Shown here: positions 9,239 to 19,400 of the stretch, piece by piece | How positions within the stretch are numbered: position 1 is the stretch's first letter | Layout of the letters: every line of letters begins with the position of its first letter | Assembly (NCBI GenBank): GCA_050239825.1 | Contig: JBFXGO010000005.1 | Location: forward strand, 1-50,119 | Reading direction: 5' to 3' | Length of the DNA: 50,119 nt | From: a bacterium | Lineage (GTDB): Bacteria; Hydrothermota; 32-111 | The notes under the pieces: generated by a model | Told to the model about the DNA's origin: nothing | What the model saw: the letters and a program-made list of their open reading frames with translations, nothing else | The model's database searches: none | Position numbers and translations under genes: made by a program

Positions 9239-10519
9239 ATGAAGAATAAAATCAGGGAGCAGAGGACACTCTTTTTCAGTATTGCAAAATGGACATTGCT
9301 TGCAGTTGCAGTGGGCGGCATCGTTGGATTCTCAACATCTGTTTTCCTGAAAATACTGGGATTCTCCATAGAGAAGACCGGAAAATTTGGAGCCTTGCAT
9401 TATATTTTTCTGCCTCTTATACTCATTTTTACATCAATTATTGTTAAAAAATTTGCGCCTGATGCAGAGGGGCACGGAACTGAAAAGGTTATAGAGGCGG
9501 TCCACAAAAAAGATGGGCTTATGGATTTTAAAGTTGTGCCAATTAAGCTTTTTGCCACTATTATGACATTGGTATTCGGAGGGTCTGTCGGGAAAGAGGG
9601 GCCATGCGCTCAAATAGGCGCCGGACTTGCATCTTCATTCGCTCAGATCTTTAGGTTCAATCCCTATGACAGAAAAAAAATAGTTATATGCGGTATAAGC
9701 GCAGGTTTTTCTTCGGTTTTCGGCACTCCGATTGCCGGGGCTCTCTTCGGCGTCGAAGTTCTCTTTGTGGGATCCATCCTCTACGATGTTCTTCTTCCCT
9801 CATTCATTGCTTCGATAGTCGGTTATAATATTTCACTGATGTTCGGGCTCACTCCAATGTATTTTCCGGTTACCTTGAATTACATCATTTCCTATAAATT
9901 GATGATGTATGCAATAATATCAGGAGTGATTTTCGGTATTATATCATTCATACTTGTGGAGGCTCTTGAAAAGGGTAAACGATTTGCAAAAGCAATACAT
10001 GTTAAAGAGTGGCTCAAACCAGCCATAGGAGGAGTGCTTCTTGTCATACTCTACACTATTGTTTCAAAAAGCTATTCCGGTCTCGGAGTGGAGACCATAG
10101 AGAGGGGGCTTGCGGGCGAGAGACTCAATTGGTTCGACCCGTTTCTAAAAATGGCGGCGACTTCAATAACATTGAATTTTGGCGGCAGCGGAGGCATTGT
10201 AACTCCAATATTCTACATAGGCACAGCCGCAGGAAATGTTTTAGGCCAGATCTTCAAGCTTGATGTGGGGCTTTTTTCGGCATTCGGCTTCGCAGGGCTT
10301 TTGGCGGGGGCTACAAATACTCCGATTGCCTCAAGCATAATGGCAATAGAAATTTTTGGTCCGGCGATAGCGCCTTACGCTTCTGTGGTCTGCATAATCA
10401 GTTTTCTTATGACGGGACACAGGAGCGTTTATCCTTCACAGATACTCGCCATAAAAAAATCCCATTCAATCGATATAGAACTTGGAAAGGAGGTTGAATC
10501 GTCGAAAATCAAAACATAA
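9239..10519 (+). CDS. CLC (EriC) family chloride/anion channel-transporter
   Basis: GKEGP motif, FGTPIAGALFGVE, GGSGGIVTP and ATNTPIAS; many TM helices; no CBS domain. Confidence 0.92.
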   Translation: MKNKIREQRTLFFSIAKWTLLAVAVGGIVGFSTSVFLKILGFSIEKTGKFGALHYIFLPLILIFTSIIVKKFAPDAEGHGTEKVIEAVHKKDGLMDFKVVPIKLFATIMTLVFGGSVGKEGPCAQIGAGLASSFAQIFRFNPYDRKKIVICGISAGFSSVFGTPIAGALFGVEVLFVGSILYDVLLPSFIASIVGYNISLMFGLTPMYFPVTLNYIISYKLMMYAIISGVIFGIISFILVEALEKGKRFAKAIHVKEWLKPAIGGVLLVILYTIVSKSYSGLGVETIERGLAGERLNWFDPFLKMAATSITLNFGGSGGIVTPIFYIGTAAGNVLGQIFKLDVGLFSAFGFAGLLAGATNTPIASSIMAIEIFGPAIAPYASVVCIISFLMTGHRSVYPSQILAIKKSHSIDIELGKEVESSKIKT

Positions 10520-10529
10520 GGAGGCATCT

Positions 10530-11903
10530 GTGATAAGCATTATAATACCGGTTTTAAATGAAGAGCGCACGATAGGGTCGGTGATTGATTTCTGCAAAAA
10601 ATCAAGCGAGACAACAGAGATTATAGTCATAGACGACAAATCCATAGACGAGACAGTAAATATAGCAATTTCAAAGGGTGTGAAAATCTATACAAGCACA
10701 AAGCTCGGAAAGGGTTCGTCTATGAAGGACGGGTTTCTTATCTCCAAAGGCGATATAGTCCTATTTCTTGACGGAGACATAGCCGATTACCCTGAAGGAA
10801 CGATTGAGAATATGACATCTCCGATAAAGGATGGAAGGTGCGATTTTACTAAATCATATTTCAGCAGAGAAGCCGGAAGGGTCACCGAACTTGTGGCGAA
10901 GCCTCTTTTAAGCATTCTTTTTCCGGAACTTAGCAGATTCAAACAGCCTCTCTCGGGAATAATAGCCGGAAGACGGGAATTGTTCGAGAAGATTGAATTT
11001 GAAAATGATTACGGAGTGGATATAGGAATTTTGATTGATATTTATAAATCAAGCGCGAAAATAGAAGAGGTATTCATTGGCAATATTGAGCATAAGATGA
11101 AACAATGGCAGGAGCTTTCTGCGATGTCCAAGCAGGTGTCAAAAGCAATTTTGAAAAGGTCTTCCAAAAATGAGAATCTCAATCTTGATTCTCTCGGAAC
11201 AGTCAATATCATCAAAGACCAGATGGATTTGGCTATTAAAGAGATGCTTCTGACGCTTAAGAAAATGGTTGTTTTTGACCTTGATGATACCATCTATGAA
11301 GGAAGATTTTTATACACAGCCGCCAAGGAATTGGGTTTTTATGACAATCTGATGAAGATTATGCTTGAAAAGGATGAACCTTATGTGCTGACCAAGAGAG
11401 TTGCCACTCTTTTCAAAGGCGTCAATATAGCAAAATTCTATGAAATTGCCGAAAGCATAAAAATAATAGATGACACTATAGATGTTGTCAGAAAATTGAA
11501 AGAACAGGGATTCATTGTAGGAATTATTTCTGAAAGCTATGATATTGTTGCTGAGCATGTTAGGAAAAAAATAGGAGCGGATTTTGCTCTGGCGAACGAA
11601 ATAGAATTTTCAGAATCAGTAGCGACGGGAGAGGTTAAAATACCTGCTTACTTCATGAAAAACGACAGGTCTGTCTGTTCCCACAATTATTGCAAAACAA
11701 ATGCAATGCTAAATATTGCAGAAAAATACGGGATTTCTATTTCAAATATAATAGCTGTCGGAGACAGTGAAAGGGATATTTGCATAGTAAAGACCGCGGG
11801 AATCGGAGTCTCCTTCTGCTCTATGAATCTGGTTCTGAATTATGTGGCTGACAAGGTGATTCAAGAGAAGAGATTTCAGGAATTGTTGAATATAGCATTG
11901 TGA
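10530..11903 (+). CDS. glucosyl-3-phosphoglycerate-synthase-like GT-A glycosyltransferase fused to a SerB-like HAD phosphatase
   Basis: N-terminal IIPVLNEE, LDGD and GRVTELVAKPLLSILFPEL..QPLSG..YGVDIGILID (GpgS/MpgS-type); C-terminal HAD motifs VFDLDDT and GDSERD. GTG start after AAGGAGG. Confidence 0.8.
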   Translation: MISIIIPVLNEERTIGSVIDFCKKSSETTEIIVIDDKSIDETVNIAISKGVKIYTSTKLGKGSSMKDGFLISKGDIVLFLDGDIADYPEGTIENMTSPIKDGRCDFTKSYFSREAGRVTELVAKPLLSILFPELSRFKQPLSGIIAGRRELFEKIEFENDYGVDIGILIDIYKSSAKIEEVFIGNIEHKMKQWQELSAMSKQVSKAILKRSSKNENLNLDSLGTVNIIKDQMDLAIKEMLLTLKKMVVFDLDDTIYEGRFLYTAAKELGFYDNLMKIMLEKDEPYVLTKRVATLFKGVNIAKFYEIAESIKIIDDTIDVVRKLKEQGFIVGIISESYDIVAEHVRKKIGADFALANEIEFSESVATGEVKIPAYFMKNDRSVCSHNYCKTNAMLNIAEKYGISISNIIAVGDSERDICIVKTAGIGVSFCSMNLVLNYVADKVIQEKRFQELLNIAL

Positions 11904-11913
11904 TTATTCCCCC

Positions 11914-11943
11914 TTGACAATTTTTTGCTGAAAATTATATTAT
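11914..11943 (+). promoter_or_regulatory. putative sigma70 promoter of hsp20
   Basis: TTGACA at 11914-11919, followed 16-18 nt later by TATATT/TATTAT; AAGGAGG RBS. Confidence 0.55.
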
Positions 11944-11967
11944 ACCAAAACAACAAGGAGGACATAA

Positions 11968-12417
11968 ATGAAGAACAATTTACAGAAGTTTACGCCTATG
12001 GGCGAGCTTTTCGACCTGAGAAAAGAGATTGATTCAATGTTTGACAACCGTTTCTTCGGCGGAATGCTGCAGAGATTCGGAGATCAGGCATGGGCTCCGG
12101 TCATGGATATCACTGAGAGCGAGAAAGAATTCACCGTAAAGGTGGAGTTGCCCGGCATGAAGAAGGAAGAGATAAAAATTAACATTGAGAACAACATACT
12201 CTCAGTTGAAGGTGACAGAAAGAGCGAATCAGAGGAGAAGGGGAAAACCTTCCATAGGATTGAGAGGTCATACGGGTCTTTTTACAGAGCAGTTTCTCTC
12301 CCCAAGCAGATTGACGAAACAAAGATAAAGGCATCGTTTAATGAGGGTCTTCTTACAATAGTTCTTCCCAAGACTGATGTGGCCAAATCCAAACCCATAG
12401 AGATATCCGACAAGTAA
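11968..12417 (+). CDS. Hsp20/alpha-crystallin small heat-shock protein
   Basis: WAPVMDI.E, ELPGMKKEEI, ERSYGSFYRAVSLP, GLLTIVLPK and C-terminal IEI motif. Confidence 0.95.
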   Translation: MKNNLQKFTPMGELFDLRKEIDSMFDNRFFGGMLQRFGDQAWAPVMDITESEKEFTVKVELPGMKKEEIKINIENNILSVEGDRKSESEEKGKTFHRIERSYGSFYRAVSLPKQIDETKIKASFNEGLLTIVLPKTDVAKSKPIEISDK

Positions 12418-12442
12418 GAAATGCCCTGAGCCTATGTTTGAT

Positions 12443-12471
12443 AAGACGCCCATTGGGGCGTCTTTTTTTTT
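12443..12471 (+). terminator. Rho-independent terminator after hsp20
   Basis: AAGACGCCC-attg-GGGCGTCTT stem-loop followed by a T-run. Confidence 0.85.
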
Positions 12472-12521
12472 ACACAAACTTTATATTGACAAAACCTCAA
12501 TAATCCTTATATTTATTGACT

Positions 12522-14240
12522 ATGCTTGCAAGATTCATTCTATCATATTACAAAAAAACGCCGCTGAAGATGCTCTTCGGATTTGTGATGCTTATAATGG
12601 TTGACCTAGCTCAGCTTTTTATTCCGAGAATGGGTCAGAAGGCGATTGACCTTGTGGCATCCGGAAATCAGGACCTGAACTCTCTCATGAAGCTTTCGCT
12701 CATCACCGTGGGTCTTGCTCTAAGCATTGGAATCTGCCGTTTCACATGGAGGATGATAATAATCGGCACATCCCATTTCATTGAGAATGATTTTAAAAAC
12801 AAACTCTATGACCATCTGCTCAAATTGGATTCAAATTTTTACAACAAAACCAAAACCGGAGACATAATGGCGCACATGACAAATGACATGCAGGCCTTAA
12901 GAATGTCAACGGCTTTCGGAATGATATCAGGGTTTGATGCAATATTCCTCTTTTCGGCGGCATTGATTTTCATGCTCAAACTTGATGTCAAGCTCACTCT
13001 CTTTGCAATGGCTCCACTACCTATTATTTCAATTATCACGCTCTTTGCAATGAAGCTGATGTTCAAGTATTTCAAGGATGTTCAGGAATCCTTTTCACAG
13101 CTGACGGACAAGGTGCAGGAGCTTTTAAGCGGAATCAAGGTTGTTCAGGCATTCCGTCAGGAAGATAAGGAGAGGGAGAGGTTCAATGTCACGAGCAGAG
13201 ATTATGTGAAAAAAAACATTGACCTTATTAAATTGTGGGGGACAATGTTTCCTCTTATATTCTTCTTCTCAAATCTCGGAGCGGCTTTGGTTTTGTATGT
13301 GGGAGGCCAATACGCAATACTCGGAGAGATAACCCCGGGCGAGTTTGTAGCATTCTTTGTCTATCTCGGAATTATCACATGGCCTATGATGGCTGTAGGA
13401 TGGGCGTCAAACATTTTCCAGAGAGGAAACGCATCTTACAAAAGAATAAGGGAATTTTTAAAGGAAGAGGCGAAGATAGTTGATGGCCGGGACGCAAAAT
13501 CAGTCAGCTTGAAGGGAGAGATTGAATTCAGAAATGTTTCATTCTCATATCAAGATAAGAGTGTACTGAAAAATTTATCAATGAAGATAAACAGCGGAGA
13601 GTATATAGGAATTATAGGAAGGATAGGCACAGGAAAGTCAACGATTGCAAAACTTATACTCCGAATAATTGAACCGACATCCGGAGAAATTCTCTTTGAC
13701 TCCATTGATTACAGAAAAATAAAGATAGATTCTGTCCGCGATTCCATCGGCTATGTGCCTCAGGATTCGTTTCTCTTCTCTATGTCAATAATTGATAATA
13801 TTAAGTTCGGAAAGAGAGATGCAACAGATGAAGAGGTTCAAGCCGTAGTCAAGGCATCAGCGTTTTACAAAGACCTTATTGATTTCAAGCATGGGCTTGA
13901 GACGATTGTGGGAGAAAAGGGAGTGACTCTCTCAGGCGGTCAGAAGCAGCGCCTCTGCATAGCGCGGGCCCTGATAAGAAAACCGAGCATACTGATACTT
14001 GATGATGCTCTCAGCGCAGTTGACACTAATACTGAAAAAGAGATACTGCACAATCTCTCCGATTTTTCAAAGGGTATCACAACCATAGTCATATCACACA
14101 GAATTTCGTCATTTATAAATGCCGATAATATTTATGTGTTGGGCGACGAGAATCTTGAATCAAGCGGAAAACACTCGGAGCTTATACTGAGTTCGCCTCT
14201 GTACAGGGAATTTTACAGAATTCAAAGGATGGAAGAGTAA
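12522..14240 (+). CDS. ABC exporter half-transporter (MdlA/YheI-like), degenerate Walker-B subunit
   Basis: TGDIMAHMTND; Walker A GRIGTGKST; LSGGQKQR; ILDDALSAVD. Confidence 0.93.
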   Translation: MLARFILSYYKKTPLKMLFGFVMLIMVDLAQLFIPRMGQKAIDLVASGNQDLNSLMKLSLITVGLALSIGICRFTWRMIIIGTSHFIENDFKNKLYDHLLKLDSNFYNKTKTGDIMAHMTNDMQALRMSTAFGMISGFDAIFLFSAALIFMLKLDVKLTLFAMAPLPIISIITLFAMKLMFKYFKDVQESFSQLTDKVQELLSGIKVVQAFRQEDKERERFNVTSRDYVKKNIDLIKLWGTMFPLIFFFSNLGAALVLYVGGQYAILGEITPGEFVAFFVYLGIITWPMMAVGWASNIFQRGNASYKRIREFLKEEAKIVDGRDAKSVSLKGEIEFRNVSFSYQDKSVLKNLSMKINSGEYIGIIGRIGTGKSTIAKLILRIIEPTSGEILFDSIDYRKIKIDSVRDSIGYVPQDSFLFSMSIIDNIKFGKRDATDEEVQAVVKASAFYKDLIDFKHGLETIVGEKGVTLSGGQKQRLCIARALIRKPSILILDDALSAVDTNTEKEILHNLSDFSKGITTIVISHRISSFINADNIYVLGDENLESSGKHSELILSSPLYREFYRIQRMEE

Positions 14241-16291
14241 TGGAAGAAGAAAGGCAGTTTAAAACATCCGACAAGAATCTTCTAAAGAATATTTGGGGAT
14301 ATTCAAGAAAATATCTTCTGCAGATAGTAATAACCTTTGTATTGTTAATCCTCATCAGTATATTGCAGATAGTGCTTCCGCTTATATCAAAGAATGCAAT
14401 CGACAATTTCATACAAAAGGATTACACCTCCTTAAGGGTCTCTGATTTTTCTTCCGCAGTGTTTGAAAAAAACAAAACTTATTCTTACAGAGCCGATTCT
14501 TTGTTTTTTGTTCCTTCGCGCGTTTTGACTAAGGATGAATTCTATCAGATGAAGAGAGACTCTGTGATGATGAAAGATAGGTATTATCCTGTTGAAGCAA
14601 GATACAAATCTCATCTTGAATCCTCGGAAATTGATTTCACAGTTGCAGGGGAATTCTTGTTTGTAGAGCAGAATTCTCTGAAAGAGCTTGAATCATCGGT
14701 TTTAAGAGATGTAAGGGCGAAGGATATCTCCAATGTAAAAAAATTCGCTCTCTTCTTTGTTCTTCTCCTGATAGCGTCGTTTTTGTTTGATTATATACAG
14801 GTGATTTTACTGGCAGTGGTCTCCGAGAAGATAATGTATGACATGCGCGATAGGATGATGAAGCATCTCATGTCCCTTTCGATGGATTTTTTCCACAGGA
14901 ATCCCCTCGGCCGGCTTGTCACAAGGGCGACCAATGACATAGCGGCTCTGCGCGAACTCTTCACGGATGTCTTTTTATTCTCTTTAAGGGATATAATAAC
15001 AATCGTCGGAGTAATATTTGTTATGTTTAGGATGTCCCCCAAACTCTCTCTTGTTGTTCTTGGCACAATGCCTTTCGTGGTTTTGCTTCTATACCTTTTT
15101 CAAAAGTTTGCGCGGGGAGCATACAGAGATGTGAGGACCACTCTTGCCAAAGTAAATGCATTTCTCTCCGAAGCTGTCACGGGAGTCTCCCTGATACAGG
15201 CGTTTCATCAGGAAAAACAGTCCTACGATGACTTTGCAGTGACAGGTAAAAACTATTACAGAGCGAACATGAATCAGCTTCTTATATTTTCGATATTCCG
15301 ACCCCTTATAGATGTTATGTCACACATAACAATGGCTGTGATGATATATGTCGGAGGGAGGGGAATCTTCAACGGAGAGTTCACCATAGGCATTCTATTC
15401 GCTTTTATGTCATATATTGAGCTTTTCTTCAGACCTATCTTTGATTTCTCTGAAAAGTACAACATATACCAGTCCGCGATGGCGTCATCCGAAAGGATAT
15501 TCCTACTGCTTGATGAAAAATCATCGATAAAGGAACCGGAGAATCCCAAAAAGCCGAATAAACTGCTCGGAAAGATTGAATTCAAAGATGTGACATTTGA
15601 ATATAAAAAGAATGAACCCGTGCTTAGAAATGTGTCATTCACCATTGAACCCAACAGTTCTGCGGCATTCGTGGGAGCCACAGGAGCCGGAAAGACAACG
15701 ATTATAAATCTTATAATGAGGTACTATGATCCCTGCGAGGGAGAGATACTTATAGATGGAATAAACATAAAGGATATGCCGGTTGATTTCATAAGGTCTT
15801 ACTTCGGCCTTGTGATGCAGGATGTAATGATATTTTCAGGCGACATAAAGTACAACATACTTTTAAACAGGGAGATTGATGACAAAAGGATGATTGAGTA
15901 TGCTGAGTATGTCAATGCGGACAAGTTCATAAATAAGCTTCCCGACAGATATTCAACCATGCTGAATGAGAGAGGGACAAACCTCTCGACGGGACAGAGA
16001 CAGCTTCTCGCATTTGCGCGCGCCCTTGTTGACCAGCCGAAAGTTCTTGTTCTTGACGAGGCAACTTCAAATATTGATTCCGAAACCGAATATCTGATTC
16101 AGGATGCCATAAAGAGAATAATGAATGAAAGAACTACCATTGCAATCGCGCACCGCCTCTCCACCATTCAGGATGCGGATGTGATTTATGCGCTTCACAA
16201 GGGTAAGATAGTGGAGCAGGGCACCCACAAAGAGCTTCTTGCAAACAGAAAAATTTATTACGACCTTTACAAACTGCAGTATGTGAAGTAA
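14240..16291 (+). CDS. ABC exporter half-transporter (MdlB/YheH-like) with extracytoplasmic insertion
   Basis: GRLVTRATND; GATGAGKTT; LSTGQRQ; VLDEATS. A ~110-aa soluble insert lies between TM1 and TM2. TAATG coupling to the upstream partner. Confidence 0.93.
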   Translation: MEEERQFKTSDKNLLKNIWGYSRKYLLQIVITFVLLILISILQIVLPLISKNAIDNFIQKDYTSLRVSDFSSAVFEKNKTYSYRADSLFFVPSRVLTKDEFYQMKRDSVMMKDRYYPVEARYKSHLESSEIDFTVAGEFLFVEQNSLKELESSVLRDVRAKDISNVKKFALFFVLLLIASFLFDYIQVILLAVVSEKIMYDMRDRMMKHLMSLSMDFFHRNPLGRLVTRATNDIAALRELFTDVFLFSLRDIITIVGVIFVMFRMSPKLSLVVLGTMPFVVLLLYLFQKFARGAYRDVRTTLAKVNAFLSEAVTGVSLIQAFHQEKQSYDDFAVTGKNYYRANMNQLLIFSIFRPLIDVMSHITMAVMIYVGGRGIFNGEFTIGILFAFMSYIELFFRPIFDFSEKYNIYQSAMASSERIFLLLDEKSSIKEPENPKKPNKLLGKIEFKDVTFEYKKNEPVLRNVSFTIEPNSSAAFVGATGAGKTTIINLIMRYYDPCEGEILIDGINIKDMPVDFIRSYFGLVMQDVMIFSGDIKYNILLNREIDDKRMIEYAEYVNADKFINKLPDRYSTMLNERGTNLSTGQRQLLAFARALVDQPKVLVLDEATSNIDSETEYLIQDAIKRIMNERTTIAIAHRLSTIQDADVIYALHKGKIVEQGTHKELLANRKIYYDLYKLQYVK

Positions 16292-16385
16292 GAGCTACTT
16301 TTAATATAATATAGAATCAATTTCCCCACCAATTTTTAAAATATCAAATTGACAAAAAACTTATCTGATAGAGCATGGATTGGCG

Positions 16386-16403
16386 TTTTGTCAAATGACA
16401 AAA
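16386..16403. promoter_or_regulatory. perfect palindrome, candidate operator
   Basis: TTTTGTCA-aa-TGACAAAA, 7 nt upstream of a -35 box; an extra TTGACAAAA half-site at 16349-16357. Confidence 0.45.
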
Positions 16404-16410
16404 AAGACTA

Positions 16411-16439
16411 TTGACTTTTGTGGGTACATTTTTTATAAT
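16411..16439 (+). promoter_or_regulatory. near-consensus sigma70 promoter of the variable surface-protein locus
   Basis: TTGACT (16411-16416), 17 nt, TATAAT (16434-16439); AAGGAGGT RBS at 16463-16470. Confidence 0.75.
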
Positions 16440-16473
16440 AAAAGAGATTGGTAAAAATACAAAAGGAGGTAAG

Positions 16474-19400
16474 ATGAAAAGAAGGTTGAATCAATTTAAC
16501 AAAGGTGGAGAAAAAGGTAAGGGGTTACTCTCTCTCTCTCTCTCTCTCTACTAAATCAGCGTTTAAGAAAATTAATACTTATCATAGTTGGGATAGCGGT
16601 ATTTTTCTCATTAAAAGCATACACAATAGAAACAAAAGAAGAGCTACTTGCAAAGTATAATGCTGACAAAATAGGTGCACTTCTTCTTGATACGCTAATA
16701 ATTCCGCACGGAAATGATTTTAACACAATATCATGGGCGGCATCATATAATATTTGGGGGCTTTTTAGAATGTACAATTCAACGGGCAAGCTCGAGTACT
16801 TGGATTTAGCCGTTAATAGCTGTAAAAAAATAATGACTTTGAGGGATGATGTCCGAGGTGTAGTTTCAAGAAGAAATGGTGATGGCACCTATATAACAAT
16901 GCCAGTCTGGAGGTGCACATACTATATGACTTATTCAATTGATAATTTTGGGGTAAATTTTACAAATTATATGAAAGCCAATGATTTGTACAAATACTGT
17001 TTAATAGATTCTATAAGGAATGATACAATAGGAGGAGACACTCTGATATATTTCCCTGACTCAAGTGCTTATTTATACGATAAGTCTGGAAGGGGATCAG
17101 ACCCGGATTATCTTGACATCTTAAAAGCAAGAACAAAAATAGTGAATTATTACGGATTGACGATAAAAGATTTTGCTGCTTATCAAGCAGCAGGTATTGG
17201 AAATATTTGTAGCACATTGCTTGAAATGATAATTGTACTAGACAGCACAAATTTATGGGATAGATATGGATTAAGTGGACAAAAGAATAATTTGATTGAA
17301 TTTGTACGTGAGAGTGTGGAAAGTCAGTATTCTGAATGGCGCACATTTAGTGAGAGGGAGGTGACCTATGGTTTATATTTATGGCCAGAAAGGGATGAAA
17401 CATATTATAGATTAATGTGGCACTCACGATTTGATAAATATGACACAATACCTGTTAATCAAAATATGTGGATGGGGAGAGCACTTCTAAAAATGGCACA
17501 AATAACTGGAGAAGAAAAATATAATACTCAGGCAACCTTGTTGGCAAAAGCCATAAAAAGAATACTTTATTTAGATGATGAAACATACCAATGGTCAAAT
17601 ACATATTTATTCTACCCAGATGCTAATAAAGCGGAGGATATTTCACATGCACTTGGAGTTTTAAGTTATGTGTATGAGTATTGCGATTTGCAATCATCAA
17701 TGAATTTAGAAGAAGTTTTTTATAAACGGGATTTAGATCGTTTTACTAACATGATGATGAAAAATGTATATTTAGGCGATATTAGTTATTACAAGTATAA
17801 GTATATAACGGAGGAAGATGACAGTGAAGATTTAAATATAGAAATACCTGATGAAGAGAAAATACTTACAGACAGAATACTTGATTCAGTGTTAGTACTG
17901 CCTGATGGTGAATATGATGTTAATTCATTGGTGGATGGAAAATCAAATATAGTAGATTACAGATTTCTGTATCAAACAAATTGGTGCAGAGCGACGGTAG
18001 CATATTGGGCTAATTATCAAAAATATGATCCAAGAATAATGGAGATGGCATATAATATAACTGGAAATCATGCTGCACCTGAGATTGCATTGTCCTACTT
18101 ATTATCTAATTATGACGATTACAGACCTGCGAAGATAGAGTTGAGCAAGCCGAATATAGCATACAGCACGGATGATTATTTAGAGATTACAGTGGACAGT
18201 ATAAAGATGCTGGGTATATTTAAATATGCAGTATACCAAGAGAACGGAGATACATTCACAACAGGAGGAATAGCGGGAAAGGATGTGGAGGATCATATTA
18301 TCCAAGTGAATGATTTGAGAACAAAGAGCGCAGAGGATATAGTGTTCAAGTATTGGTCGGATAATAATGGGATATTGGGTCCATCGAAAGAGGTGGTGAT
18401 CCCTGTGGTGGGAGATACGCTGTATGTCGGACACAGAGATGAGATACCTGTATTGAAGTATGAGGATATAGAGATAAAAGTCACAGACAGAAAGATATCC
18501 GAACCCTTGCCGGATGGATATCCATATACAGTCATTGAGGGCTGCACGATAGATGTTTATTACTGCGACGGAAGAATGGATAAGGGACTAACAAACAGTT
18601 TTGGCACAGTGATATGGAATGATAAATATATACAAGGCACTCAACCATTAATGATAGTGGCATATAAGGATGGGTATTTCCCTGATACGAGTTACATAGA
18701 GCCATATATGTGGTCAACAACACAGGATGCGATGGGACCGAGCAGTAGCAATCATATAGTAATGTATTATGATACATTAAAAGATACTACAATGGTTAAT
18801 ATGGTTTATAATGATGGAGAACGGATAATAAGCTGCACGAGTGAGGATTTCGGAGAGACATGGATAACAGTTTCAATGGGTAGTGGGTTAAATCCCTCAA
18901 TTACCAGTGTGGCAAATATAGGAAGCGCCTTGATATGGAAATACGGAGCAGGCTGGGCATATTCATATAGGACATCACCATGGACGCCGATTGACACAAA
19001 CTATTTTGATGTAATTAATTCAGTTATGCCGTCAATTATAACTGAGCCGGGATCAGATACAATGATATGGCTTGCGGGGCTTTGTGAGTCTCAACTGTAC
19101 AATGGAAATTATGATATAGTTTATTCACAGTTTAAATATTACCGATGGGATACATTTAGCCAAACGGTTTTGATCAATTCGACAGGTGAATTAAACGAAG
19201 AAAACTATCTTGCTATACCGCAGGCGAATCCGTCAATAGGAGCAAAGGACTGGAGCGGAATATACGCGCCGATGTTTGCATTTGAGGATAAGAATGGCGA
19301 GATTATAAAGAAAGAATTGGATCCGAAGACAAATTTATGGAATTCTATAACCAACCAATCCAACACATCAACTAAGTCCTGCAATCCGTATGTCAATCCG

